From positions 6,354,201-6,418,200 of the forward strand of contig NC_092679.1 in assembly GCF_964355755.1 (NCBI RefSeq): a DNA stretch of 64,000 nt, read 5' to 3'. The translations under genes and the position numbers were made by a program. Shown piece by piece: positions 42,101 to 50,040 of this stretch (position 1 is its first letter; the number at the start of each line of letters is the position of its first letter). The notes below the pieces were generated by a model, which saw nothing but the letters and a program-made list of their open reading frames with translations, was not told the DNA's origin and searched no databases. This DNA comes from Antedon mediterranea (Eukaryota > Animalia > Echinodermata).

Positions 42101-44800
42101 AAATTCTTCTTACATCAATTTTTTTTATCGAAAATTGCAAGCATTTCATCGAGAATTGCCAGCATTTCGTCAAGAATTGCAATCAATTCATCGAGAATTA
42201 CAAGCATTTCATTGAGAATTGCAAGCATTTCATCGAGAATTGCAAGCAATTCATCGAGAATTGCAATCAATTTATCGAGAATTGCAATTGCATTTCATCA
42301 AGAATTGCAAGCATTTCATCGAGAATTGCACGCATTTCATCGAGAATTGCAAGCATTTCATCGAGAATTGCAATAAATTCATCGAGAATTGCAAGCATTT
42401 CATCAAGAATTGCAAGTATTTCATCAAGAATTGCGAGCATTTCATCAAGAATTGCAATCAATTCATCGAGAATGACAAGCATTTCTTGAGAATTGTAAAC
42501 ATTTCATCGAAAATTACAAACATTTCATAGAGAATTGCAAACATTCTCATACGCATCTGCATGATTATAATCCATTTTTTCTAAATGCTTTTAATTGTTC
42601 TAAATTAAAAACCTGTTCTGTAAATTTGTTATCGTTTATTTAATGCATTACATGTAGTTGGAGATGATGATTCAGGTAAGTGACTATTAAAAATAATTTC
42701 TGAAAACAAAAATTGATTCAAAATATATGAAAATTGGAAATACTGTATATACAAAATAGTATACACATTCATTTTGTTTCGTTTATGTATTCAACCAGCA
42801 AAAATAATATAACGTTAGGAAAAAAGAGAGGATACAAATAACATATAAAAATAGCCTGGCAGGGGTTAAACCATAGAGATTATAATATCTCTATGGTTAA
42901 ACAAAGTACACTCAAATGGGTCAGGTATGTCTACTACCATAGAGATAATATCTCTATGCTACTACTAAAACTGGAAATACTCTATACAAAATAGTATACA
43001 CATTCATTGTGTTTCGTTTATGCATTCAACCAGCAAAAATAATATAACGTTAAGAAAAAAGAAAGGATACAAATAACATATAAAAATAGCCTGGCAGGGG
43101 TTAAACAAAGTACACTCAAATGGGTCAGGTACATCTACTACTAAAACTGGAAATACTCTATACAAAATAGTATACATTCATTGTGTTTCGTTTATGCATT
43201 CAACCAGCAAAAAATAATATAATGTTAAAGATACAAGCAACATATAAAAATATAAAATGCCTGGCAGCCGTTAAGCAAATGGGTCAAGTACGTCTACTAC
43301 TGAACAATGACAATCGTAATTAATTATTGTTAAGAGTCGAGCCTATTTACACAGAACCTTTCTTAAAATAACAACAAATTGAAGGCACATTGTCCCACTG
43401 AATTTTTGTTGAACATTTTTTTGTTGAATATGCCTTTTTAATGTCATAATAGTTATTTACTTCACAAAAATTGGATCAAAAAATAATTATTTACTTCAAA
43501 AAAACTGTAATTTAAAACCAAAAATAGTCCAAATGGCCGGCTGCCAGTCAATGGGTTTTTGATTGCATTTAACTATTTATTTTGTCATTTTATAGGTGAA
43601 AACATGTGTCTTTGTTTTCTACAGTAACATTGATTACAAAATGACCTATCTGAAGTTCTTAAATGTTATTAATCTTCGTGTTTAAGAATACTCTATTTTG
43701 TAACATTTCAGAATTTATCTGGCAGCCAGGTGGTCCCGGTATGAATGGCGCCACCCATGAGGAACGTAGAGCAACCTGTTGGTCTTCCAGCAATTGTAAT
43801 GGTTTACAGGCTTCTTCACAGACCTACACAGAGTGCTGTTGCGGGTCTGGCATCAGTTGGGGTGTCACTTATTGTGATGTTTGCCCGAAAAAAGGTTCAA
43901 GTGAGTGTAAAGTTCAGTGACATTTGGCAAATGTCATCAACTTTAAAACTTCAACTTGCAACAATAAAAATAACATTTTCAGAAACAATTTCACAGCAAA
44001 ATAACTATATACACAAAGCTAGCTCAAGAGCTGTACCTGCATATCACCTATGTTTTGATTTCTTTTTTTCTGTTGAGGGGATAGTTTAATTATTATTCAC
44101 TTTTTCCTTTTATGCAGTAAATTATAATATTATATGTGGATTACCGAGTGGAATCGACGAGATTGCAGAATTTTATGGTCAAACCGGTTTAGTTGGGAAA
44201 GATTCTGCACCTGAATTGTTATATACAAGTATGTAGTTCAAAGTTCATAGTTATTTAACAGTGATTTAACTTTCAATGAACAGAAACTGGTGAACTGACA
44301 CTGAGGTCAAATCTGGACTCTGCCATAATACCTTAATACAAAAATGTTGTGTTTAATCTACCTTTAAAATTTGCATGAAAAGTATTACAAGCCAACTATT
44401 CTGTTGGTTAGATTGTTGTAAATGACATTCCTGTATTTTACTTCGTCTTACTGGAGTGAAACTTATAAAAGCCTATGCTGTAGTCGTAGTTTTCCCATTG
44501 TTGACGACATAGAGTTTAAATTTAATTTTTTACATACAAATGGGGGATATAATTGTAAATTATTATAAATATATTCAATCAATTTTTTTCTTTCTTATCA
44601 CAGCTGAAAATCCATCCAGTATTATTGTATCAACATATCCACCAGTTACTGAGGCTGCAGCGCCATTGACATTCTGTGAGCGCCATCCTAGTATCTGCCC
44701 TAATGGTACATGTATCAACCAAGATAACTCTTACACTTGCCTTTGTAACTCAGGCTTTAAATTAAATAAAAAGAAACGATGCAGACCCCGGAAGCAGTGA
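64..44800 (+). CDS. LTBP: Latent TGF-beta-binding protein (LTBP)-like gene, spliced, 5'-partial; 39 exons listed separately
   Basis: Chain of AG/GT-bounded, nearly all phase-1 exons encoding a 4-Cys N-terminal motif ([12 protein letters not shown]...[22 protein letters not shown], like LTBP1 NVCGGRCCHGWS...CTKPSCVPPCQNGG), a hybrid domain, three 8-Cys TB domains and about 30 EGF/cbEGF domains; stop TGA at 44798-44800. The domain order fits LTBP, not fibrillin. Confidence 0.9.
833..1015 (+). CDS. LTBP: LTBP-like exon: first EGF domain plus linker
   Basis: ttccag|...|gtaagt; [30 protein letters not shown]. Confidence 0.9.
3128..3530. repeat. Degenerate (CAC/CAT)n trinucleotide microsatellite
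   Basis: Continuous CAC/CAT/CGC triplets; source of the poly-H/P/T spurious ORFs. Confidence 0.95.
3899..4081 (+). CDS. LTBP: LTBP-like exon: hybrid domain, first part
   Basis: catag|...|gtaggt (phase-1 donor assumed); [12 protein letters not shown]...[18 protein letters not shown]. Confidence 0.85.
4803..5105 (+). mobile_element. 5S rRNA-headed SINE (SINE3-like), degraded copy
   Basis: Deleted 5S head (ggctttaccac..gttctcgtcagatcac..aagcaacgttgggcctggttag) followed by a body shared with the 7722-8091 copy. Confidence 0.75.
5208..5570. repeat. 33-bp minisatellite, about 11 copies
   Basis: Unit CCAACACTTATT(C/A)AAGGGACACTCTTTAGAGGA. Confidence 0.95.
6493..6634. mobile_element. MITE family A copy (TIR AGCTCTGTCTACACTATCAAAC)
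   Basis: Shared TIR and internal CATATCACTACCATATTTGGGCAC core; other copies near 9353, 12899, 20485, 20645, 29281, 34107, 36497, 37115, 38643, 39937, 46373, 47289 and 63225. Confidence 0.8.
7722..8091 (-). mobile_element. 5S rRNA-headed SINE (SINE3-like), near full length
   Basis: Reverse complement of 7975-8091 follows the animal 5S rRNA sequence (TACCACGTTGAAACACCGGTTCTCGTCAGATCACCGAAGTTAAGCAACG...GGATGGGAGACC.TCTGGGAATA.CGGGTGCTGTA), then a non-rRNA body and A-rich tail. Confidence 0.85.
10717..10773 (+). CDS. LTBP: LTBP-like exon: hybrid domain, second part
   Basis: ttgtag|...|gtaagt; [18 protein letters not shown]; 57 nt, not in the ORF track. Confidence 0.85.
11715..11860 (-). mobile_element. 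tRNA-derived SINE family C, 5'-truncated copy
   Basis: Close match to 38838-39055 (gtgatccatccagcaa..tgatcattagggacc..agaggttcacaag). Confidence 0.75.
11880..12288 (+). mobile_element. LINE 3'-end remnant (CR1/L2-like)
   Basis: GKRTFKYRA...NLLPTEIR C-terminal motif, then an AT-rich UTR and (TAAA)n tail. Confidence 0.55.
12899..13160. mobile_element. MITE family A copy with amplified internal 21-bp repeat
   Basis: TIRs plus about six copies of CATATTTGAGCATATCACTAG. Confidence 0.85.
14434..14790. repeat. 19-bp minisatellite, about 18 copies
   Basis: Unit AATCCCAAGCTTGAGTATT; a short second array lies at 16089-16140. Confidence 0.93.
14933..15058 (+). CDS. LTBP: LTBP-like exon: cbEGF
   Basis: [28 protein letters not shown]; 126 nt, AG/GT. 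Confidence 0.92.
16246..16389 (+). CDS. LTBP: LTBP-like exon: TB (8-Cys) domain, first part
   Basis: GRCF...[20 protein letters not shown]; AG/GT. Confidence 0.92.
18137..18310. repeat. Roughly 55-bp tandem repeat, 3 copies
   Basis: CCAACACACAACCATTCATACTGTAGGGCAGCTGTATTAAGGCCAAT repeated. Confidence 0.9.
18720..19372 (-). mobile_element. 5'-truncated LINE (Rex1/L2-like RT C-terminal region)
   Basis: ORF 18886-19371: [46 protein letters not shown]; 3' AATAAA and (GAATT)n tail on the - strand. Confidence 0.88.
19815..19892 (+). CDS. LTBP: LTBP-like exon: TB domain end plus short hinge
   Basis: atag|...|gtgggt; [25 protein letters not shown]. Confidence 0.85.
20843..20995 (+). CDS. LTBP: LTBP-like exon: EGF (block A)
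   Basis: [30 protein letters not shown]; AG/GT. Confidence 0.9.
21238..21372 (+). CDS. LTBP: LTBP-like exon: EGF (block A)
   Basis: [29 protein letters not shown]; AG/GT. Confidence 0.9.
21726..21857 (+). CDS. LTBP: LTBP-like exon: EGF (block A)
   Basis: [29 protein letters not shown]; AG/GT. Confidence 0.9.
22125..22256 (+). CDS. LTBP: LTBP-like exon: EGF (block A)
   Basis: [29 protein letters not shown]; AG/GT. Confidence 0.9.
22455..23118. mobile_element. P-element-like MITE, 664 bp, with 7-bp TSD
   Basis: TIR CATGGATTAA(T/G)GAATAGA at both ends; AATAATC duplicated at 22448-22454 and 23119-23125. Confidence 0.85.
23605..23736 (+). CDS. LTBP: LTBP-like exon: EGF (block A)
   Basis: [29 protein letters not shown]; AG/GT. 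Confidence 0.9.
24072..24378 (+). mobile_element. tRNA-derived SINE (CORE/Meta-type centre, L2-like tail)
   Basis: A-box TGGCGCAGTG, degenerate B-box GGTTTGAATCC, TGTATCCTTAGACAAGATACTTTAC...CCTCTCTCCACCCAG core, (TAT)n tail; second copy at 33081-33373. Confidence 0.85.
25139..25270 (+). CDS. LTBP: LTBP-like exon: EGF (block A)
   Basis: [29 protein letters not shown]; AG/GT. Confidence 0.9.
25358..25483 (+). CDS. LTBP: LTBP-like exon: EGF (block A)
   Basis: [27 protein letters not shown]; AG/GT. Confidence 0.9.
25793..26157 (+). mobile_element. tRNA-headed SINE with Deu/Nin-type central domain
   Basis: A-box TGGCCGAGCGG, B-box GGTTCGAGGCC, core CGGATAAGGACTATAAACCGTAGGTCC...AAAGAACCC...TTCGAAAAAGAGTAGGGGG; A-rich tail. 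Confidence 0.8.
26304..26516. mobile_element. TTAA-flanked MITE
   Basis: Imperfect TIRs TGGTTCTTACTAG / CTAGTGGGAACCA. Confidence 0.7.
26799..26924 (+). CDS. LTBP: LTBP-like exon: cbEGF
   Basis: [30 protein letters not shown]; AG/GT. Confidence 0.9.
27330..27570 (-). mobile_element. RTE-like LINE C-terminal remnant
   Basis: WKWIGH...[22 protein letters not shown]...AQNRVR motif typical of RTE-clade RT C-termini. Confidence 0.8.
27623..27748 (+). CDS. LTBP: LTBP-like exon: cbEGF
   Basis: [25 protein letters not shown]; AG/GT. Confidence 0.9.
28291..28413 (+). CDS. LTBP: LTBP-like exon: cbEGF with GC donor
   Basis: [28 protein letters not shown]; ends CACG|gcaagt. Confidence 0.87.
29753..29823 (+). 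ncRNA. Minimal type I hammerhead-ribozyme-like motif (Penelope-type)
   Basis: 17-bp perfect inverted repeat enclosing TTGAAAAA-GTGCG/CGCAC hairpin-GAAACGTT. Confidence 0.55.
30596..30724 (+). CDS. LTBP: LTBP-like exon: cbEGF
   Basis: [29 protein letters not shown]; AG/GT. Confidence 0.92.
30985..31149 (+). CDS. LTBP: LTBP-like exon: TGF-beta-binding-type TB domain, first part
   Basis: EERKMCF...[26 protein letters not shown]; an alternative in-frame acceptor would start the exon at 30991. Confidence 0.92.
31679..31816 (+). CDS. LTBP: LTBP-like exon: TB domain end plus linker
   Basis: [12 protein letters not shown]...YMSER; tacag|...|gtaagt. Confidence 0.88.
32105..32230 (+). CDS. LTBP: LTBP-like exon: cbEGF-like (block B)
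   Basis: [27 protein letters not shown]; AG/GT. Confidence 0.9.
32638..32883 (+). CDS. LTBP: LTBP-like exon: two EGF domains (block B)
   Basis: [16 protein letters not shown]...[14 protein letters not shown]; 246 nt, AG/GT. Confidence 0.88.
33081..33373 (+). mobile_element. tRNA-derived SINE, second copy of the 24072 family
   Basis: Collinear similarity to 24072-24378. Confidence 0.85.
33447..33572 (+). CDS. LTBP: LTBP-like exon: cbEGF (block B)
   Basis: [28 protein letters not shown]; AG/GT. Confidence 0.9.
33922..34053 (+). CDS. LTBP: LTBP-like exon: EGF (block B)
   Basis: [28 protein letters not shown]; AG/GT. Confidence 0.88.
34107..34274. mobile_element. MITE family A, near-complete copy
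   Basis: TGTCTACAATATCAAAC...GTTTGATAGTGTAGACAGAGCT inverted termini, TTAA-like flanks. Confidence 0.85.
34343..34468 (+). CDS. LTBP: LTBP-like exon: EGF (block B)
   Basis: [25 protein letters not shown]; AG/GT. Confidence 0.88.
35118..35261. repeat. Perfect 16-bp minisatellite, about 9 copies
   Basis: (ACCACTTCTACCTGGT)n. Confidence 0.97.
35350..35475 (+). CDS. LTBP: LTBP-like exon: EGF (block B)
   Basis: [25 protein letters not shown]; AG/GT. Confidence 0.88.
35684..35809 (+). CDS. LTBP: LTBP-like exon: EGF (block B)
   Basis: [27 protein letters not shown]; AG/GT. Confidence 0.88.
36247..36372 (+). CDS. LTBP: LTBP-like exon: EGF (block B)
   Basis: [26 protein letters not shown]; AG/GT. 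Confidence 0.9.
36914..37039 (+). CDS. LTBP: LTBP-like exon: EGF (block B)
   Basis: [25 protein letters not shown]; AG/GT. Confidence 0.88.
37430..37555 (+). CDS. LTBP: LTBP-like exon: EGF (block B)
   Basis: [26 protein letters not shown]; AG/GT. Confidence 0.9.
37794..37922 (+). CDS. LTBP: LTBP-like exon: EGF (block B)
   Basis: [26 protein letters not shown]; AG/GT. Confidence 0.88.
38820..39055 (-). mobile_element. tRNA-derived SINE family C, full length
   Basis: Reverse strand A-box TGGCTTGGTGG, B-box GGTTCAAGTCT, A-rich tail; related fragments at 11715-11860 and 39617-39670. Confidence 0.8.
39088..39225 (+). CDS. LTBP: LTBP-like exon: EGF (block B)
   Basis: [27 protein letters not shown]; AG/GT. 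Confidence 0.88.
39749..39880 (+). CDS. LTBP: LTBP-like exon: EGF (block B)
   Basis: [27 protein letters not shown]; AG/GT. Confidence 0.88.
40224..40405. mobile_element. TTAA-flanked MITE
   Basis: AATTTACACATACG / CGTCTGTGTAAATT inverted termini; related sequence at 31900-31998. Confidence 0.65.
40480..40620 (+). CDS. LTBP: LTBP-like exon: cbEGF-like
   Basis: [27 protein letters not shown]; AG/GT. Confidence 0.88.
41635..41757 (+). CDS. LTBP: LTBP-like exon: cbEGF
   Basis: [27 protein letters not shown]; AG/GT. Confidence 0.92.
42127..42545. repeat. 21-bp minisatellite, about 20 copies
   Basis: Unit TCATCGAGAATTGCAAGCATT. Confidence 0.95.
42658..42675 (+). CDS. LTBP: Candidate 18-nt microexon (VGDDDS)
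   Basis: catgtag|TTGGAGATGATGATTCAG|gtaagt; phase 1-1, frame-preserving, consensus donor. Confidence 0.55.
42735..43300. repeat. Roughly 170-bp tandem triplication
   Basis: Three copies of GGAAATACT.TATACAAAATAGTATACA...GCCTGGCAG...AAATGGGTCA. Confidence 0.9.
43712..43900 (+). CDS. LTBP: LTBP-like exon: last TB domain, first part
   Basis: RRATCW...[21 protein letters not shown]; AG/GT. Confidence 0.9.
44118..44228 (+). CDS. LTBP: LTBP-like exon: TB domain end plus linker
   Basis: [20 protein letters not shown]...ELLYT; tgcag|...|gtatgt. Confidence 0.83.
44604..44800 (+). CDS. LTBP: LTBP-like last coding exon: EGF plus stop
   Basis: [42 protein letters not shown]. Confidence 0.88.
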
Positions 44801-46819
44801 AGTGTAAAATAAGTACTGGCTTATTATGACCCTAGCTAAGCAATCCAACCAACATTATTATCGTTGTGATGGGTAACATTAAATTAAAACTAAAAGATAA
44901 TTGTGGGGCAGATTGCAATAAGGGCTGAAAACTAGAAGTTAGACCACTGCAATGGAAAGTCCAAGCCTACAGCTAGTAGATTCTAACCTTCTCAGCTGGC
45001 TTAGATATTTAAACTTCAGTCTAGCTCCATTGTAATCTGCAGTTTTTTATGACCTTGAAATCAAAGTGTATAATATTTATTTATAGGTCCCCATTCTGCA
45101 TCGATAAACATGAAACTGCATTGACATACTTTTTTTTAAATGGGGTTGTCCGAGAACTACAGCATGAAGATAAAAAAGAACTCGGACAAGGCTAGGTTTC
45201 AGTTTATGCTTGCCGAATAGGGATCTAGTTCCATAACAATTCAAAAACAGGATGAGGAGAGTTTAGTCTTTAATAAGTCCCCCCCCCCCCCCATAGCAAA
45301 AATGAAATAATTTTTTTTGCCTGAAATTATTACCACTGTTAAATGGCATTTTATGAAAAACAGAAGAGTATAAATTAATTAAAATAAATTTTTATAGATT
45401 TTATATTATAAGAACAAAATATTATATTAGTTTACTATATGCAAAGTTTTAAATTAATTTATTTTAAATATTAAGGATTTGTTTTTGCTGTGTCCCAGAC
45501 CTTGGGTATATACACTGTAACACACTTACTGCCATACTATCTCAGATAAGCCCACCCTCCTTAATTATTGGGGTGGGCTTACGCCTGAGAACCAAATATT
45601 TTGTGTTTACCTATAATCTTATAATACATTACACCAATTTCAACACTATTCCAGTTGGCGTTTTCGATTTTTGTCTAAATACGAGCTCATGTATTATACG
45701 TATGAAAATTTAGATCTATAACCTAGACTACATATACTACTTCACATCTCAACCGATCAACATTTTGACTTTTGTGTCGGTGTACTTCTATGAATGGATG
45801 TTTTATTGGAGCAGCCCCATCTAATGCATAATACACTTCCTTATTAAATCACCCAAAAGATGATATTCATTAGTTTTATGTTTTGTTATGAAATTATCTA
45901 TTAACAAAAACTAAAAGTATTAGTTACTGTTTTTCTGAAGAATTCATCTTATAAAGTCAATGTAAATATGTGTCAATAAATGTGTCAAATTTTATCTTTA
46001 AAAAGTTGTGTAAAATGTTTGTTGTTGTGTGATGTTTATTGTAGTAATTTGTTTCACCAGATTATCTGTACTGTATCCGGTCCACATACAGTATAGTATT
46101 ATTTGTGTAGTACCACAGGCAAATTCTATAATACAGTGTCACAGTGTTTACACATGTGATGCCTGTATCATGTTATGGTTATGTAGGCTTAAAGCCTATG
46201 GTACATGTGTGACACAAAGTTTACCTATAATACTGCTTGTCTTTAAATTGTATTCAGCTGTGCCTATGTGTAAGAGATAATTACAGTGACCGCTTGATAA
46301 ACATACGTTGGAACTAACTGAAATCATAAATTCAATTCATCTTTTATTGGTCTAACTTCAGAAAAAAATTTTGTCTACACTATCAAAGTGTATGTGACAA
46401 AAATAAGATGTCATATCACTACTATATTTGGGCATATCATTACCATATCCAGGCAGAATTTTAGTTTAGAAAAATGTATAGTAACTGCACTGCAGTAGAA
46501 TAGTGTTTTTCATTTTAAATTTCTATTCTTTGCCTTTTTATTTGTAATTTTTGTTTTATTTTTTGCCTTTAGTAAAATAAAAAGTCTATATAATTATGGT
46601 TTTCGTTATTCAGGTTTGCATGTGGTTGACTTTTTCAAACATATTGTAAGCTGTTGCATGCAATATATACTGTATGTTGGAATGTTGTGATATGTGGATC
46701 TACACAGATGTTTAATTATTGAGCGGTGTTACCACAATGGACAGTTCTAAAATGTAGGTATGCATATGTTATCACAAGAGAATACTGGACAGCTCAACAT
46801 TGTTGAAGGTAGTACCTGA

Positions 46820-47234
46820 GGGCCTGTTTCTGCTGCATAAAAATAACCGGTTAAAAATGGTGTGAATAAATTGACTTCATTTTCTTGGGAGCAAAAACAG
46901 GAAAATTTTGTGGTAACCGGTTAAAAGGCAGCGCAAAATAACCGGTTAAAAACACCCATTCAATTCGGTTTGAGAACGCCATTAACCAGTTATCGCTGAG
47001 AAATTTTTAGCTGCAACACGAAATAACGGTTATTTGATTGACAGCTGCTGATTTTGAGTCAACTACACAGCAGTAACGTTTGGATTAACCACCAGGACCA
47101 ATTGCATTTTGAGTAATTCTAACCATTTTTGTGAACGACCACCCACTGATTTAAACGGTTATTTTGGAGCAGAAATGCAGTCAATATAAAAATTAAATTG
47201 TTTAAATAATCGGTTTATTTTGGCACTCTGAAAC
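46820..47234. mobile_element. MITE with AATAACCGGTT internal repeats
   Basis: CTGTTTC.G.TGC.AAAATAA inverted termini and repeated AACCGGTT. Confidence 0.6.
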
Positions 47235-48795
47235 AGAAATAGACCAGTCACCCCTGCCAATACACTTGTTAGGCTGGCCTAATAGTCGGTCTACACTATC
47301 AAACTAGTTTGACAAAACGAGTGTGATGTGCCCAAAAATGGTACTGATACTAATGACATCATCAGGTTCATATACGGGCACATCACATTTGTCACATAAA
47401 GTTTGAGCTTTATATATTATTTCAGAGTCTGGTACTGTAGTTAGATTCTATAGTATGACAATAACAACAATTATTTGCAAATATATGTTTTATTACAAAA
47501 TAATTTAATAATTTTAATCAAATGAAATTTTTAAACTGTAATTCTTTTGTCCAAATATAAGCGTCTAAAACCTTTTACTAAATCAGTTGTAGATTACACA
47601 TTGTATATTGTATCAAAGCCACAAACGTTTTAAAATATGATTTGAATGCTACACTGATCAGTGATTACTGTATGTGTTCTTTGTAACTGGTTCTGTGGAT
47701 TTCACCTACAACAAGAATGTTAAGTGGCTTTTACTGAACTTCGTATTGTTACTTACTAACAATAGTAATAATATCACAAGTTCAGTCAACTTGTTAATAA
47801 GTGAATTACGGTATGTGAAAACCAGAATAGCCTTTTAGCACCAAATTCTCTTAACTATGACGAAATTTGATCAATTATCGAAATAACCACACTTTTGCTA
47901 CAGTTTTAAAACCATTAGCCTGGGTTGTATACAGGGATCTGGCTAATTAATATTTGTAAAAAAATTTGGCACTTTTCATATAATAACAATGCTTGAGATC
48001 CAATCCAAAATCAAATGCATTGATTGAGGTATCTTTACCAATAAAACATTAAACTTATATACTAAAAGTAATACTTATAATTCGTTGGATTCTAACAAGT
48101 ACAATATGTTCAGTGAAAGTACAATATGTTAAATATTGATAGCAGTGACTTACTACTAGCATAAAATTGCTGACTTTGAATTGTGACTAGTACAATAGTT
48201 TATGTCCAAAAATATTGTATTTACTATTGAAATAACACAAACATCTGTACATCAACACAAATTACTTTTAAACCATGAAATTAAAGTCAGGGACTTGTAC
48301 AGTAGACTTGGCCCAAGTTATTTGCTTTTTTATGTTAGTCCATCAGATTTTTTACTGGTTTCAACCTCAAGTATTATACGTATGAAATGCCATATGTGCC
48401 AAATTTATCTTTTTACTAATATTAAGTCATTACGTTGCATTCCTAAAGATTTGTTCTTAGTAGGATGCAATTGATTTGACCAATCACAAAAGACAATTTG
48501 GATAATCCATTGCTTGTGATTGGTCAAATAACCTCCCACTACATTTTGAGGGCTTAAAACCAGAAACGTCTGTTTAAATTTTATGAAAATTTTATAATAC
48601 CGAAACCAATTATTACTGTTAATTAATAAATAATAATACATTATTTCTGACGTGCACGAGTGCGTATTATTAATTATTATTACACACTCTTGCTCGTCAT
48701 AAATAATTTTACCCATATCTACTTTAATTGAAATTGTTAAAGGATTATTTTTTTTAACTAAAAGCACGTAAATCAAAACAAGAAATGTTATCAAA

Positions 48796-49299
48796 TTAAA
48801 CGAGTACATCAAAGAGAATCTCAAAAATAAATTCCAGAATCATCATAAGAAGTGAACCCCTTGTTTCGTCGTCGTCAACAACATCATCATGAACAAAACT
48901 GTCATCATTATCTAATCTGTATGTTATTACTTTCAACTCAAAAGTGCTGTTATCATAAGTTGGATGCCCGTACACTGAAATCGAAAGCGGTTTTGATAGA
49001 CTTGCAGGTATATCAATGTAGTCATAGCCACATGTTGCCGAGCTTATGTCATAATTTTCAAAGTTCGCTTTCTCTTCTTGACCTTCTTTGATATACAAGT
49101 CAGCATCACCATCTATTGTGTTCAAGATGATCTTTAAATTGCCATTAAACTTCCCCAGCGTATAGTGTTTGTAGTTTGCCGCGGCAACCGTTTCATATTT
49201 TGTCATGACTTTTGTGGCTTCTGCTGCAAGTCCTGCGCGTGTTATCAGTGACATCATCAGACCGCAAACTAATTTACAAAGTAAACTTGCACGTCGCAT
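48796..49299 (-). CDS. C6orf120: UPF0669 protein C6orf120 homolog, single coding exon
   Basis: Signal-peptide-like N-terminus; motifs ANYKHY, GDADLY, FENYDISSATCG, ISVYGHP, FELKV and a hydrophobic C-terminal tail match my recollection of human C6orf120. First in-frame ATG is at 49299 (the track starts at a GTG). Confidence 0.92.
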   Translation of the reverse strand: MRRASLLCKLVCGLMMSLITRAGLAAEATKVMTKYETVAAANYKHYTLGKFNGNLKIILNTIDGDADLYIKEGQEEKANFENYDISSATCGYDYIDIPASLSKPLSISVYGHPTYDNSTFELKVITYRLDNDDSFVHDDVVDDDETRGSLLMMILEFIFEILFDVLV

Positions 49300-49479
49300 C
49301 TTCACACATTACGCCTTCTTTTCCTCCAAGTCCACCTTCGGTAAATCAATCTAGCAATATTAAATTTATAATAAAATTGATGAATATATTTAAACAATAA
49401 AAAAACTTTGGCTGAAAATACTGCATGCCAATCCAAAGCCATAAATCTAAAAATGTGTTATTATTAATAAAAATGGTCT

Positions 49480-50040
49480 TAAAAATGTTAATCGTCAGCA
49501 ATCTCCGGGCGCTTTTTTGTATCGTATCAAGGTTGGTTGGGCGGTCAGGACGCTGTATGTATAGGCCTACCTCTACTGTAGCATACCTAGGCCCGGGCCA
49601 TCCACTAATAATGAATAATCTTGTAAGCCTAGCAGTAGGATGTAATGTAGGCTAGGCCTAGGCCCTCAATATAGTTTAGGCTAGGCCTAGCTTAGAGTGC
49701 TAGGCTAGATAGTATAGGCCTAGCTAGGCGCGCCTTTATTCTATCCTACTAGGCCTAGTTAGCCTCTATTATTGGCTAGGCCTAGGTAGGCAAACTAAAA
49801 GGCTTTTAAAAGTTCCAGTCTAGGCTGGCTACAACCTACAGGACTGTAATAGTCTCGCCGCAGTGACGGGATATAGAAAGAGGGTGGTGGATGGGATCGG
49901 AGGAGAGAGAGCCACGCAGTATGCACGACCAAAGAATATTCTTTGGCACGAGTACACACTACACAGAGTGTGGTTTTCGTTTTACACACTACACCACGAC
50001 GCGACTGGATAACGGCAGCCGGAGATGTAAAGATGCTTGT
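49480..50040 (-). promoter_or_regulatory. Likely promoter/5'UTR region of the C6orf120 homolog (CpG-enriched, TAGGCCTA-rich)
   Basis: Locally raised GC/CpG content; - strand acceptor-like ttgctag near 49351 and donor-like agag|gtaggc near 49570 suggest a 5'UTR intron. Confidence 0.4.

Noticed and set aside
42219-42530. Heptad coiled-coil ORFs
   Set aside because: Artefact of a 21-bp minisatellite open in several frames on both strands; the same holds for 12922-13147 and 59442-60020.
64-44800. Calling the gene fibrillin
   Set aside because: Only one hybrid and three TB domains, a single N-terminal EGF, no fibrillin C-terminal domain, and a TGF-beta-binding-type TB insertion; the layout is LTBP.
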